From a virus, in the IMG/VR virus record IMGVR_UViG_3300045135_000898, positions 17,971-81,970 of that record: DNA of 64,000 nucleotides. The stretch is one strand, 5' to 3'. Position numbers and translations under genes: made by a program. Under the pieces are notes generated by a model. It was not told where the DNA came from and ran no database searches. It worked only from the letters and a program-made list of their open reading frames with translations. Below are positions 45,540 through 54,692 of the stretch, piece by piece; position 1 is the stretch's first letter; every line of letters begins with the position of its first letter.

Positions 45540-46126
45540 TAACCAAGTTCTCCAAAGAACAACTCAAGACCTTCTGGGTTGCTCTTATCTTCTTTCTTTT
45601 CGTATTTAGCGAATTCTTTAATTACACGGTCTTGGTCGTGTACTCGTTCAATGCGTGATCTCAATTCATCGACAAATGCGTATTCATCACCTGCTTCATA
45701 TCCATTTTCATCTTGGACTGTAAAGAAGTCTTCGTATCCACCTTTCTCAATGAATTTAAATTTTACGTCCTGCTGTTTCTTTTCCTTTTGGATTCGACGT
45801 AAGAACGCGTAATATGAGATCTGCGTAAAATACGCAAATGCATTTGGTAGACCAGTACGAGTTGCCTTCTCAATGTCATAGTTCATGATTGCCTTAAGAC
45901 TATTTTCAACAGCATCCATCACCATCTCTTCACGGTATGTGTACCTAATGAAGTTAGACTTGTATGATAGACCTTCTGCAATCTTAAGAAAACACTCAGC
46001 TATGTAATCTGGAATGATAGGAACAACTTCGTCTTTATCTTTAGCTTCGTTGACTGACTTGACGTAATCGCAAACTGCCAATGAGAACTCTTTATTGTTG
46101 ACGTAATGTGGTTTATCTTTTGCCAT
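45539..46126 (-). CDS. 55: late sigma factor gp55
   Basis: HYVNNKEF, KIAEGLS.K.NF..YTYREEM..DA.E, NAFAYFTQI.YYAF.RRI.KEK. Confidence 0.96.
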   Translation of the reverse strand: MAKDKPHYVNNKEFSLAVCDYVKSVNEAKDKDEVVPIIPDYIAECFLKIAEGLSYKSNFIRYTYREEMVMDAVENSLKAIMNYDIEKATRTGLPNAFAYFTQISYYAFLRRIQKEKKQQDVKFKFIEKGGYEDFFTVQDENGYEAGDEYAFVDELRSRIERVHDQDRVIKEFAKYEKKEDKSNPEGLELFFGELG

Positions 46127-46159
46127 AATTTAACACCTAAGGTTTTACTGTGTACTATT

Positions 46160-46188
46160 ATTATACTATAGTCTTCGCTAAATGTAAA
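46160..46188 (-). promoter_or_regulatory. early promoter for gene 55
   Basis: TTTACA-17-TATAAT. Confidence 0.85.
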
Positions 46189-46221
46189 TAGAAAAAAGTT
46201 AAAAAAATATGAAAAAAACTA

Positions 46222-46281
46222 TTTACATAATGATGTTTATGTGTTATAATAGATTAACGATCTGGGGGAAGGTAGATATAC
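46222..46281 (+). repeat. plus-strand promoter with 37-bp repeat, copy 2
   Basis: TTTACA 46222-46227, TATAAT 46245-46250; identical to 3522-3558; followed by hairpin ATGGCC-GAA-GGCCAT. Confidence 0.9.
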
Positions 46282-46309
46282 AACCAAAGGTATGGCCGAA
46301 GGCCATTTA

Positions 46310-46696
46310 TTAGTGTATAGTAGTATCGGTATTTGGAGTGTCAGGAATAGGATCTTCTTCAGGTTCTAATTTATCTATATCCTGTTGAGCAAGCGAGATT
46401 AACGCTTTAAGGTATTGTTCCTTTGCGTCTAATTCAAGTGTAGCGAATGCAACGATGTTGGACTTTTGAATGGACACCAAATTACGAACAGCCATTGGCA
46501 TCCATTCTTTAAACGTGTACGTGAACAAACCATCTTCAGTAGCGTACTCTCGTAGAGCCAAAGGCTCTTCAATTAGCATAACTGATTCATCTGTCTTATT
46601 ACGATTAATGATAGCAAAGACTTCATCTCCACTTGTGAGCTTAAGGTGCATTACCTTTAAAGCCTTTGCCTCTTCACGTATCAGTTCATCACTCAT
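46310..46696 (-). CDS. Sm-like fold hypothetical protein
   Basis: LKLTSGDEVFA...IEEPL...WMPM pattern, similar to 31382-31669. Confidence 0.65.
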   Translation of the reverse strand: MSDELIREEAKALKVMHLKLTSGDEVFAIINRNKTDESVMLIEEPLALREYATEDGLFTYTFKEWMPMAVRNLVSIQKSNIVAFATLELDAKEQYLKALISLAQQDIDKLEPEEDPIPDTPNTDTTIH

Positions 46697-48195
46697 ATAT
46701 CAATCTCAAAAATTTTATATCTGAACTTCTCTCTACTATATATCTTGATCCTTTCGGCTGCATGGTTCAAGGTATAGTTCTTTTTCTTTCGCCAATGGAA
46801 GTCATCAGCAATATCGTACAGTTTTGTTGTACGGTTATCATCTGACTTACGAAGACCTCGACCGATACTTTGAAGGATCTTGATCTGCGATTTTGACGGA
46901 GATGCAAATATAATATTATGTAGGTTCTTAATATTTATCCCTGTACTAAACGTACCGAGTGACGCTACAATAATTGCATTCTTTTCTTTTTCAGTAATCT
47001 TACGAACCGCTTCTCGAGTATCAACATCGGTTGCACCCGATACAAAAAATACCTTACGGCGATGATGCGCCTTTTCAAGTATTAAATCGTATAATGGTTT
47101 ACCGTGCTTCTCAACGAATTGGAATAACACAAGAGTATTACCGTCTTGGTCCAAAGCAAGATTACGAATGAAGTTATTTCGTTTTTGATGTTTAACGATA
47201 AAATCAACTTCATCTTGGTATTTCATTTTTACGACATTCTGACAAGTAACATCATCATACTTCATTAGTAGTACACTAATCTCAAGATCAGACAACGCAC
47301 CGCTATCCATAAGATCTTTTGTTGATGTAACTTTATATGATGGACCAAAATGTCCTTCCAATACTAATTTGTGTACCTGCGATCCATCGAGAGTACCTGT
47401 TGTACCAAATCGATATTCTGCTTCTTTACACTTACTTAGTATTGATGTTAATGATTTCGCTTTAAAGTTATGAGCTTCATCACCAATAACCATGCCAAAC
47501 TGCTCAAACCATGGAGTGTGCAATTTGTATATTGACTGCCATGTTGTAATTACGATCTTTTCTTCTTTCGCAATTTTAGGCTGTCCTGCGTAAATCATAT
47601 GACATAATTTACCCGCATCGAATCCATCGTCATGTTCGGAGTAATCAGCAAAGTCTCCGTACATCTGCTTAACTAACGACGTAGTCGGTACTACAAGCAA
47701 GATCTTCTTATTAGGATGCTTATCCAGAAAGTACCTTACCAAAGAGTAAATGATAAACGATTTACCCGACGCGGTTGGACTAATCAGTAGAGCACGTTTA
47801 TTACTAATACCATGATGAATGGCATCTAACTGATAGTCACGGTGTTCAATAGGTTCGCCTCTTGACGTAAAGGTACAATCATTAAGATAGTCAAGATTTA
47901 CGATACCTGTCTGAGATTCAGGAACCCCATAGTAATTATCGTGCTCAATTTCTATATCGTACTGACGAGCATTGGCGAATTCCTGAAGGTACTTAAAGAG
48001 TCCACCTGGGAGCTCTCTTTCACGGCTGTTCCATAACCGTATTTTGCCATCCCACATTTTATTCTTATATGCAGGATGGAACTGATAGCCTTCAGCATAA
48101 AAACAAAAGAAGTCCATCAATTCATTAGAGATGCCTGGGTCAGCATCAATATGCAAAAACGCGTGGTTCTTTTTACGAACCTTTATTGTATCCAT
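46693..48195 (-). CDS. uvsW: UvsW SF2 helicase
   Basis: SPTASGKS, GDEAH, GTTGT, FSTGINI, LQSIGRGLR. Confidence 0.96.
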   Translation of the reverse strand: MDTIKVRKKNHAFLHIDADPGISNELMDFFCFYAEGYQFHPAYKNKMWDGKIRLWNSRERELPGGLFKYLQEFANARQYDIEIEHDNYYGVPESQTGIVNLDYLNDCTFTSRGEPIEHRDYQLDAIHHGISNKRALLISPTASGKSFIIYSLVRYFLDKHPNKKILLVVPTTSLVKQMYGDFADYSEHDDGFDAGKLCHMIYAGQPKIAKEEKIVITTWQSIYKLHTPWFEQFGMVIGDEAHNFKAKSLTSILSKCKEAEYRFGTTGTLDGSQVHKLVLEGHFGPSYKVTSTKDLMDSGALSDLEISVLLMKYDDVTCQNVVKMKYQDEVDFIVKHQKRNNFIRNLALDQDGNTLVLFQFVEKHGKPLYDLILEKAHHRRKVFFVSGATDVDTREAVRKITEKEKNAIIVASLGTFSTGINIKNLHNIIFASPSKSQIKILQSIGRGLRKSDDNRTTKLYDIADDFHWRKKKNYTLNHAAERIKIYSREKFRYKIFEIDI

Positions 48196-48641
48196 TATAC
48201 ACCACTTGTAAACTTCCGCCATTCGATGGCATTACGAATATTTTGGTGCCTCCACTTAATGTTCTCCATAATATCTGACAATGTATCAATCATCGTCTTC
48301 AAGTATTCAATTTTGGCTTGAGCTTCTTGGATATGTGGATCAGAATCATAATAATAATCCATCTCACCTTTCAGGACTTTAAGACCGTTCAGCGCATCAT
48401 ATTCCCAACCTAGCTCGTCGATTTGATCTTTCGACATTTTGCCATTATACCATAACCACTTATTCTTCAATAGAACTTTAAAGTCGGCTTCTCTTTTCTT
48501 CAGTTGCAATTTATATATCGAGAGTATTTCGAGGTACTTCGAGTGTAGCTTTGCAGAGTTAAGACTCGCTTCGTCTAAATTGTTTTCATCAATTCGCGAG
48601 TCTTTTTTCCACATTTCGAGGATTTCATCCAATTGTAGCAT
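48195..48641 (-). CDS. uvsY: recombination mediator UvsY
   Basis: W.KDS.ID...L.E.S....KLHSKY...IRNAIEWRKF.SG. Confidence 0.92.
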   Translation of the reverse strand: MLQLDEILEMWKKDSRIDENNLDEASLNSAKLHSKYLEILSIYKLQLKKREADFKVLLKNKWLWYNGKMSKDQIDELGWEYDALNGLKVLKGEMDYYYDSDPHIQEAQAKIEYLKTMIDTLSDIMENIKWRHQNIRNAIEWRKFTSGV

Positions 48642-48656
48642 AATATAAACATCCTA

Positions 48657-49172
48657 TTAAATGATCTTGTAATATGAGTAGTTAAACGATACCGATGCAA
48701 CGAGATAGTCGACGTCTGTTGCTGTTGTGTCAAATGGAATAGAACTTAGATTCGTTGGGTACGCATCGACGAATTGAATCTGACGAGCTACGTTGTTATT
48801 TGAATCTAAAATTGACAAAGTCATATCACGCGTCTTTTTGGTATTACTATCGCTTTCAACGATTTGTGCCAAAATCCAATCGTGGATCTCTTTATAATTT
48901 ATTAGCTTTTCATCGATAAGAAACGTGCATTCAAAAGGAGAGTAGGTAATCTTATCAGCTGATATGCCAATGTTTCGCATAGGAGTAGCAAAGTTTGCAC
49001 CTTCTGCGCTAATGTCAGGCAAAGACATAGTTTGAATAAGAAACTGTGCGTTCTTAAATTTTATATTATCAATCGTCAGTTGGAAACCCGAAGGACTAAC
49101 AAAGGAAATGTCTTCGATGAAACTTTCCGATGACTCAACTGATGTGATATTGGTTTGAATATTATATGGCAT
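48657..49172 (-). CDS. 3: tail tube terminator gp3
   Basis: SP.GF.L, FLIDE.L.NY.EI.DW, DAYPTNLS; late promoter 49197-49204. Confidence 0.85.
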   Translation of the reverse strand: MPYNIQTNITSVESSESFIEDISFVSPSGFQLTIDNIKFKNAQFLIQTMSLPDISAEGANFATPMRNIGISADKITYSPFECTFLIDEKLINYKEIHDWILAQIVESDSNTKKTRDMTLSILDSNNNVARQIQFVDAYPTNLSSIPFDTTATDVDYLVASVSFNYSYYKII

Positions 49173-49209
49173 AATTCTACCTCATGGTTATACCACTATT
49201 TATACACAC

Positions 49210-49235
49210 AAAAAAGGGGAGGCCGAAGCCTCCCC
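49210..49235 (-). terminator. rho-independent terminator after gene 23
   Basis: GGGGAGGC-TTCG-GCCTCCCC plus T-tract. Confidence 0.9.
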
Positions 49236-49276
49236 GAACGGTCCCTAAGGTAGTAAGGGAACTGTTATACTATATC

Positions 49277-50584
49277 TTATGCAGCGTCAAGGATGTTGCT
49301 TACTGCGAAGATACGGTAGTAAGTGTTGCTACGAACAGCGCCAACTTCGTTAGTGTTGTCAACGAATGGGTTAGCAACCATGCCGTAACGAGTCTTGAAG
49401 CCGATCTTAGGCTGGAAGGTATTTTCACCAACCGCACGAACCATTGTTAGTGGTACGTATGGGCAGTAGAACAGACCAGCGTCGTAAGCAGAAGAACCTT
49501 TGTAACCAACAGTTACGTAGTTATCAGTTGCGTACGGATCCAAGTAAACTTTGATGCCACCAGTGATAGTACCAACAAGAGTTGTACCAGTTACGTCAGA
49601 ACCAACGCCTGCGTTACCAGCAAGAGCAGGAGTGTAATCAAGCATACCAGATGCAGACAGTGCAGCAGCAACGTCAGCAGATACTAGGATGAAGTTACCT
49701 TTACCGCGACGAGTAGTCTGAGCAATTGTGTTAGCTTCACGCTGTAGGTGTACAAGTAGACCTTTGTACTTCTCAACAGACCAACGGCCATCAGCGTCAG
49801 CAGCAAGGTCGAAAGTACCTTTAACAGCGATTTCGCTCTGCTGTGCACCAAGTACAGCGCGTGAGTTGATAGTACGAACAACTTCACGGTTGATCTCAGC
49901 AAGGATCTCACCAGAAAGGATGTTAGCAAGTTCAGACTCAGCGTCAAGACCGTGGATTGCTTTAAGATCCTGAGCAAGTTCCATTGTGTACTCAGCTTTC
50001 AGAGCGCGGCTCTTAGCAGTAACAGTGGTCTTCTCGATGCTGAAAGACATCTCAGCGAAATCAGGACCAGTACCGTCGCCTAGTGCTTCAGCTGCAGCAG
50101 TAGTCATACCCTGACCTAGAGCGAATGAATCATTAACGCCGTCAGCAGGAGTAGTATCAGTGCCACCAAGTGAAGAAGAAGACTCAGCCTGAGTACCAGT
50201 ACCAGAGAATGCAGAGTTCGCTTCGTCGAACAATGCTTCAGTACCGTTCTGTGCACCGTAACGAGATTTCATTGCGAATACAAGACCAGTAGGACCAGAC
50301 ATTGGCTGTACACCACATAGGTCGTATGCGATCAGGTTAGGCATAGCACGACGAACAAGAGAGATCAGGATAGGATCCCAGTTCGCGATAGCAGAACCAG
50401 TTGAGTTAGTAGGAGCAGCTTCAGATAGGTACTGAGACTGGCCACGCTCTTCAGCAAGTGCCTTTTCAGTGTTTTCTAGAAGTACTGCAGTTACCGCTTT
50501 GCGGTGAGAGTCCTGGAATTCTGGAGCTTCTTTTGCTTCCATTACAGGAGCCCATTTTTCCATGATTGTATCAGCTTTAAACAT
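49277..50584 (-). CDS. 23: major capsid protein gp23
   Basis: LVRRAMPNLIAYD.CGVQPM.GPTG, AQDLKAIHGLDAE.EL, FQPKIGFKTRYG. Confidence 0.99.
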   Translation of the reverse strand: MFKADTIMEKWAPVMEAKEAPEFQDSHRKAVTAVLLENTEKALAEERGQSQYLSEAAPTNSTGSAIANWDPILISLVRRAMPNLIAYDLCGVQPMSGPTGLVFAMKSRYGAQNGTEALFDEANSAFSGTGTQAESSSSLGGTDTTPADGVNDSFALGQGMTTAAAEALGDGTGPDFAEMSFSIEKTTVTAKSRALKAEYTMELAQDLKAIHGLDAESELANILSGEILAEINREVVRTINSRAVLGAQQSEIAVKGTFDLAADADGRWSVEKYKGLLVHLQREANTIAQTTRRGKGNFILVSADVAAALSASGMLDYTPALAGNAGVGSDVTGTTLVGTITGGIKVYLDPYATDNYVTVGYKGSSAYDAGLFYCPYVPLTMVRAVGENTFQPKIGFKTRYGMVANPFVDNTNEVGAVRSNTYYRIFAVSNILDAA

Positions 50585-50608
50585 TTTTATGTTTCTCCGA
50601 ATGATTGA

Positions 50609-51574
50609 TTAAGATTTTTTAAGTGCTTCAAGGTAGCTCATCATTGTAGCAGATACTTCTTGAGTAGTACCTTCTGACAATTCTTCAGCTTCTTCCTTGA
50701 TTTCAACAGTCTGTTTGAAGTAAGATTCTTTGATAGTTTCCAATTTAGACTGGAAAGTTTCAGCATCAACGAAGTCTACATCTTCAACTAGTGACTTAAG
50801 TTTTTCAGCTTGTGCTTCAGAAAGACCTGTAGCAGATTCGCGGATCAATTTTTCACGAGACAGTTCTTTAACAGACTCGCTCAATTCGATTGCTTTTTCT
50901 ACTTCAGCATTGTAAGATTCTTCCAAAGATTCTACACGCTGTGCAAGTTCTTCAACTAGGTCAGCCTTACCTTCTGGTACTTCGATGTAATGCTCAGCAA
51001 ATACACCATGTAAAGCACCGATGAATGATTCAGCAAGATCAGCACGTAGACCAGTTTCTACAGCAACCTTGTTATCTTCCATCCAAGATTCTACAACATA
51101 GTTAAGGTAACCGTCGACTTTGTCAACAAGGTCAGCTTTCATTGATGCAGTTTCTTCAGCAAGTTGTTCAGCGTAAGATTCTTCCAAACGCTCAACGTGC
51201 TCAGCCAGTTTAGACTTAAGCGCAGCTTCGAAGATTACAGAAGCTTTATCGCGGAACTGCTCAGATAGAGTAGCTTCGCCTTCTACAAGCGCGTCAAGAT
51301 CTTCTTTAAATGCGTCTTCTTTTACAGCAGCTTTAGCTTTAGGCTCAGCAGCTTTAGCAGGCGCAGACTTCTTAACGTTCTTGACAGTTTCAGCACCAGC
51401 GGCAACCGCGTCGTCTTCTACTGCTTCTTCCATATCTTCGTCTTCTTCAGATTCGTCTTCTTCAGACTCTTCTTCAGCGACTTTTTTCGCTTCCTCGAGT
51501 TCCTCGTCAACCGTAACTTCAACGTCTTCAACGAGTTCATCTTGGAGCTGTTCTTCAACGTCGTATTTAGACAT
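50609..51574 (-). CDS. 22: prohead core scaffold gp22
   Basis: LSEQFRDKASVIFEAA, KVDGYLNYVVESW.EDN; between 21 and 23. Confidence 0.93.
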   Translation of the reverse strand: MSKYDVEEQLQDELVEDVEVTVDEELEEAKKVAEEESEEDESEEDEDMEEAVEDDAVAAGAETVKNVKKSAPAKAAEPKAKAAVKEDAFKEDLDALVEGEATLSEQFRDKASVIFEAALKSKLAEHVERLEESYAEQLAEETASMKADLVDKVDGYLNYVVESWMEDNKVAVETGLRADLAESFIGALHGVFAEHYIEVPEGKADLVEELAQRVESLEESYNAEVEKAIELSESVKELSREKLIRESATGLSEAQAEKLKSLVEDVDFVDAETFQSKLETIKESYFKQTVEIKEEAEELSEGTTQEVSATMMSYLEALKKS

Positions 51575-51703
51575 TTCACACTCCTATTGAGTTAAAGTTT
51601 GAGAGGAAACTACTTGTTGCAATTTCAGTCCCACTTAATCAATGCACCCATAATAATTAGTTGCAGAGATAGCTCAATAATGCTATCCCCGCGATCTGTT
51701 TTA

Positions 51704-51711
51704 TATTTATA
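51704..51711 (-). promoter_or_regulatory. late promoter for 22-23
   Basis: TATAAATA overlapping the gp21 stop. Confidence 0.75.
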
Positions 51712-52366
51712 CTTTAATCGAATTCAAGAAATCTTTAAATAACTTGATTGATGTATCAGTATCCATACGTTTGTAATTTTCTTTTACGAACTTAGCTTGT
51801 TCTTCAACAACTTCCTGAGTCCAAATACCTAGGCTTTCATCAAAGATCCATTCACGGCCTTCCATGATACCGTTTACAAATGCTTCATGAGCAGATGGGT
51901 CTTGAACAATATCTACAGTGTTAAGAACGAAATCATCACCGACAGTAACGCTGCCGTCGCGTCCACGGATTACAGAACCCATACCGCGAGATGATACACC
52001 AAGTTGTACACCGCCTTCCATTAGACCTTTTGCGATCAATCCCATTGGTGTATTTAATAGCTTAGCTTTACCAATTACGTTGTCACCATCCCATTTTAAT
52101 TCGGTGATCAAATGAGATACTTTGTCTAGGTTTACGGTTGGACCTTCAGGGTGATTAAGTTCACCAACTGCGCGTCCTTTAGAGACCTGTTCGTCTACAT
52201 ATCGCTGAACAGCTTTCTCCATAATTGGTTTAGGGTATACTCGTCCATTTCGGTTTTTCATGTTTGACTGCAAGAAAATACCTTCAATGAACATATTTTT
52301 CTCACCGCCTTTACCTTCGGTGATATACTCCAACTCTTGGTCAAAGTGTTCAGTGATAAGCTTCAT
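51707..52366 (-). CDS. 21: prohead protease gp21
   Basis: MKLITE, NRNGRVYP, GELNHP, GVSSRGMGS, DIVQDPSA. Confidence 0.97.
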   Translation of the reverse strand: MKLITEHFDQELEYITEGKGGEKNMFIEGIFLQSNMKNRNGRVYPKPIMEKAVQRYVDEQVSKGRAVGELNHPEGPTVNLDKVSHLITELKWDGDNVIGKAKLLNTPMGLIAKGLMEGGVQLGVSSRGMGSVIRGRDGSVTVGDDFVLNTVDIVQDPSAHEAFVNGIMEGREWIFDESLGIWTQEVVEEQAKFVKENYKRMDTDTSIKLFKDFLNSIKV

Positions 52367-52367
52367 A

Positions 52368-52544
52368 TTAGTTCTCGTCTGTTACTTCTTCCTGACCGTA
52401 ATCAGGAGTGAATGATTTACCTACTTCTACTCGCATTGAATCGACTGCATCGTCAACACGACTTTTCATTTCAGCTTCAAACGCATCCTTCGCTGCAAGT
52501 TTATCGTTGTCAGCAAGCGCGTTAATCAGTGTTTCTATGGACAT
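52368..52544 (-). CDS. 67: prohead core protein (gp67-like), 58 aa
   Basis: Manual translation MSIETLINALADNDKLAAKDAFEAEMKSRV...; GGAG SD; late promoter 52566-52573; synteny. Confidence 0.7.
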   Translation of the reverse strand: MSIETLINALADNDKLAAKDAFEAEMKSRVDDAVDSMRVEVGKSFTPDYGQEEVTDEN

Positions 52545-52575
52545 AATATTAACTCCGGTTTACTATATTTATACT

Positions 52576-54087
52576 TTAAAATTCATCTTCACCATCTTCA
52601 ATAGCAGATCCTTCGTCTTCGATCTGCTTGATGATATCTTCGATTTCTTCATCAGTTTGCATTAAGATATTCTTACGTACCCATTGTGCTGAGTAGTAAC
52701 GACCAACATATTCATCAACTTCACGTAGTGTACCAATACGTTCACGAAGGATTTCAGCATCTTTAAGTTCTGAGAAATGTGAATCCTTAAGGAAGTCGAT
52801 CGCGATATCTTGACGAATATCTTTCCATTCTTCTTCTGTTACAATGCCTTTCAGAACAAGCTGTGTTCTTAATAGATCAATAAACAGTGCTGAAAACTTC
52901 TTACGTAAACGATCAATAAAACGTTGGAATTTTAATTCATCACGTGTAGTTTCAGATGAACGTCCTAAAGACACCATCGCCTGTTGTTCTGGATCAAGTC
53001 GGCTGACCGGTACATTAAGTGATTTATATAACTTACGCTGGAAGTATATAATATCATCGATCTGACCAAGGTTTTCACCGCCTGGAAGAGTCGAAATTTC
53101 AGTACCTCGACCACCTTCACGACGTGGCAACCAAAAGTCTTCAAGCATAGACATATGCTTTTTATCGTCTTTCATTTCGCCGCTGTTTGCATCGTATACC
53201 ATTTTGTTACGGTAACGATTCATAATACCTTGTAGGTATTGCTCAGCTTTACCTTTTGGCAAGTTACCTACGTCAATATAAAAGATACGACGTTCAGGCG
53301 CCCGAGCAAGACGGTAAATAACCAACGAATCTTCAAGCATACGAAGCTGGTTAACTGTCTTGACCGCTTTATGTAAGTAAGAACGAATCTGTGTACGGCT
53401 AGGATCAAACATCCCGCTTGTCACATGACAGATTGCATCTTTAGTAATTTTTAGACCTGTACCTGTAACACCGTTGCCGCCCATGCCATCTTTTTCATAA
53501 ACATAGTATTCTTCTGTACCTACAACGACTTCAGCTCCAGTACGAGGATCTTTATCTTTAATTAATTCTTTTACCTTACGAATCTTAGTCGCATCAATTG
53601 GACGCAAATCAATAAGACCGTTTTTAGGATTTTTGTTGTCGATGATTTTATGGAAGTATAAACGACCATCTACATACCAACGACGGAAAATGTCATGACC
53701 ATACCAATTCATATTGAGTAGTGCCAAAACATGATTAAATTCTTCGCGGATCATTTTCTTGATTTTATCAGGTTGATCCAAATCATCCATTACAATATCG
53801 ACAGGAGCGGAGTTTTCATCTGACACAATAGCTTCAGATACGATGTCATCAATAGCGGCATCACACTCTGCTTGTTCAGCCACATCACGGTATTTTAAAA
53901 TTAATTCGCGATCTGACTTTGCTCGACCACCTTCCATGTCAACGTACGAACCATAGTGTCCGCCTGCGTCGACAACATAGCCGCCTTCATAATCCTCTTG
54001 CGGAACAAAAGACTGTTTTTTCTTTTCTTCCTTTTCGGCCTGACCTTTTCTTACGATCTCAAAACCGAATAAATCAATTCCTGCCAC
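52576..54087 (-). CDS. 20: portal protein gp20
   Basis: WYVDGR, YRLARAPERRIFYIDVGNLPK, EDFWLPRREGGRGTEISTLPGG. Confidence 0.99.
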   Translation of the reverse strand: MAGIDLFGFEIVRKGQAEKEEKKKQSFVPQEDYEGGYVVDAGGHYGSYVDMEGGRAKSDRELILKYRDVAEQAECDAAIDDIVSEAIVSDENSAPVDIVMDDLDQPDKIKKMIREEFNHVLALLNMNWYGHDIFRRWYVDGRLYFHKIIDNKNPKNGLIDLRPIDATKIRKVKELIKDKDPRTGAEVVVGTEEYYVYEKDGMGGNGVTGTGLKITKDAICHVTSGMFDPSRTQIRSYLHKAVKTVNQLRMLEDSLVIYRLARAPERRIFYIDVGNLPKGKAEQYLQGIMNRYRNKMVYDANSGEMKDDKKHMSMLEDFWLPRREGGRGTEISTLPGGENLGQIDDIIYFQRKLYKSLNVPVSRLDPEQQAMVSLGRSSETTRDELKFQRFIDRLRKKFSALFIDLLRTQLVLKGIVTEEEWKDIRQDIAIDFLKDSHFSELKDAEILRERIGTLREVDEYVGRYYSAQWVRKNILMQTDEEIEDIIKQIEDEGSAIEDGEDEF

Positions 54088-54107
54088 AGTATAACCTCTC
54101 TTAAAAT

Positions 54108-54129
54108 TGGGGGAGGATGAACCTCCCCC
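54108..54129 (-). terminator. hairpin between genes 19 and 20
   Basis: GGGGGAGG-N-CCTCCCCC; late promoter 54142-54149 just upstream, so may be a leader hairpin. Confidence 0.55.
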
Positions 54130-54154
54130 TTCGCTTTATATTATTTATACACCA

Positions 54155-54682
54155 TTAAGAGGTCGTATTAGATTCCCAGTATTGTACCTGAAGCTCAACT
54201 GTGAATTCTTCGATTGTATTCTCAGAATCATAGCTTAGGTCAATTGCTGAAATGTTAGTTGGGAACGTACCACGGAAGGTGTAAGACTTAGTTACGTTAC
54301 CTTCTTTGTCAAGTTGCTCAACAATCATATCAGCTTGGTAATCTGTAGGATTTGCCAAACCAGTGTTAGCATTGTGCTGGTTGATACCATTCATCCAACG
54401 TTCAAACGCGTTACGAGTTTCCATAGCAACATCGTTGATTACAGTGATGGTCCATGGTTCAAACGTACGGTCACCTGCGATCTGCAATTGACGACCACGG
54501 AAAGGAATCGTGATCGGTGCGATTACAGACGAAGGTAACTGAGCGCCTTTGATAAGGAAAGATGCTAGTTCAGGGTTACCGCCTGCGTAACCTGGAAAGT
54601 TACAAGTAACCTTGAACATGTTGGCACGAGCGCCACCACCAGTCAGTTTAGATTTAAAATCATCTACGCCTAAGATAGCCAT
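54155..54682 (-). CDS. 19: tail tube protein gp19
   Basis: GGGARANMF, PFRGRQLQIAGDRTFEPW, IEEFTVELQVQYW. Confidence 0.97.
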   Translation of the reverse strand: MAILGVDDFKSKLTGGGARANMFKVTCNFPGYAGGNPELASFLIKGAQLPSSVIAPITIPFRGRQLQIAGDRTFEPWTITVINDVAMETRNAFERWMNGINQHNANTGLANPTDYQADMIVEQLDKEGNVTKSYTFRGTFPTNISAIDLSYDSENTIEEFTVELQVQYWESNTTS

Positions 54683-54692
54683 TTTTTACTCC

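Noticed and set aside
49217-49262. Two hairpins after gene 23 as an ncRNA
   Set aside because: Adequately explained as terminator (UUCG loop plus U-tract) with a 3' stabilising hairpin
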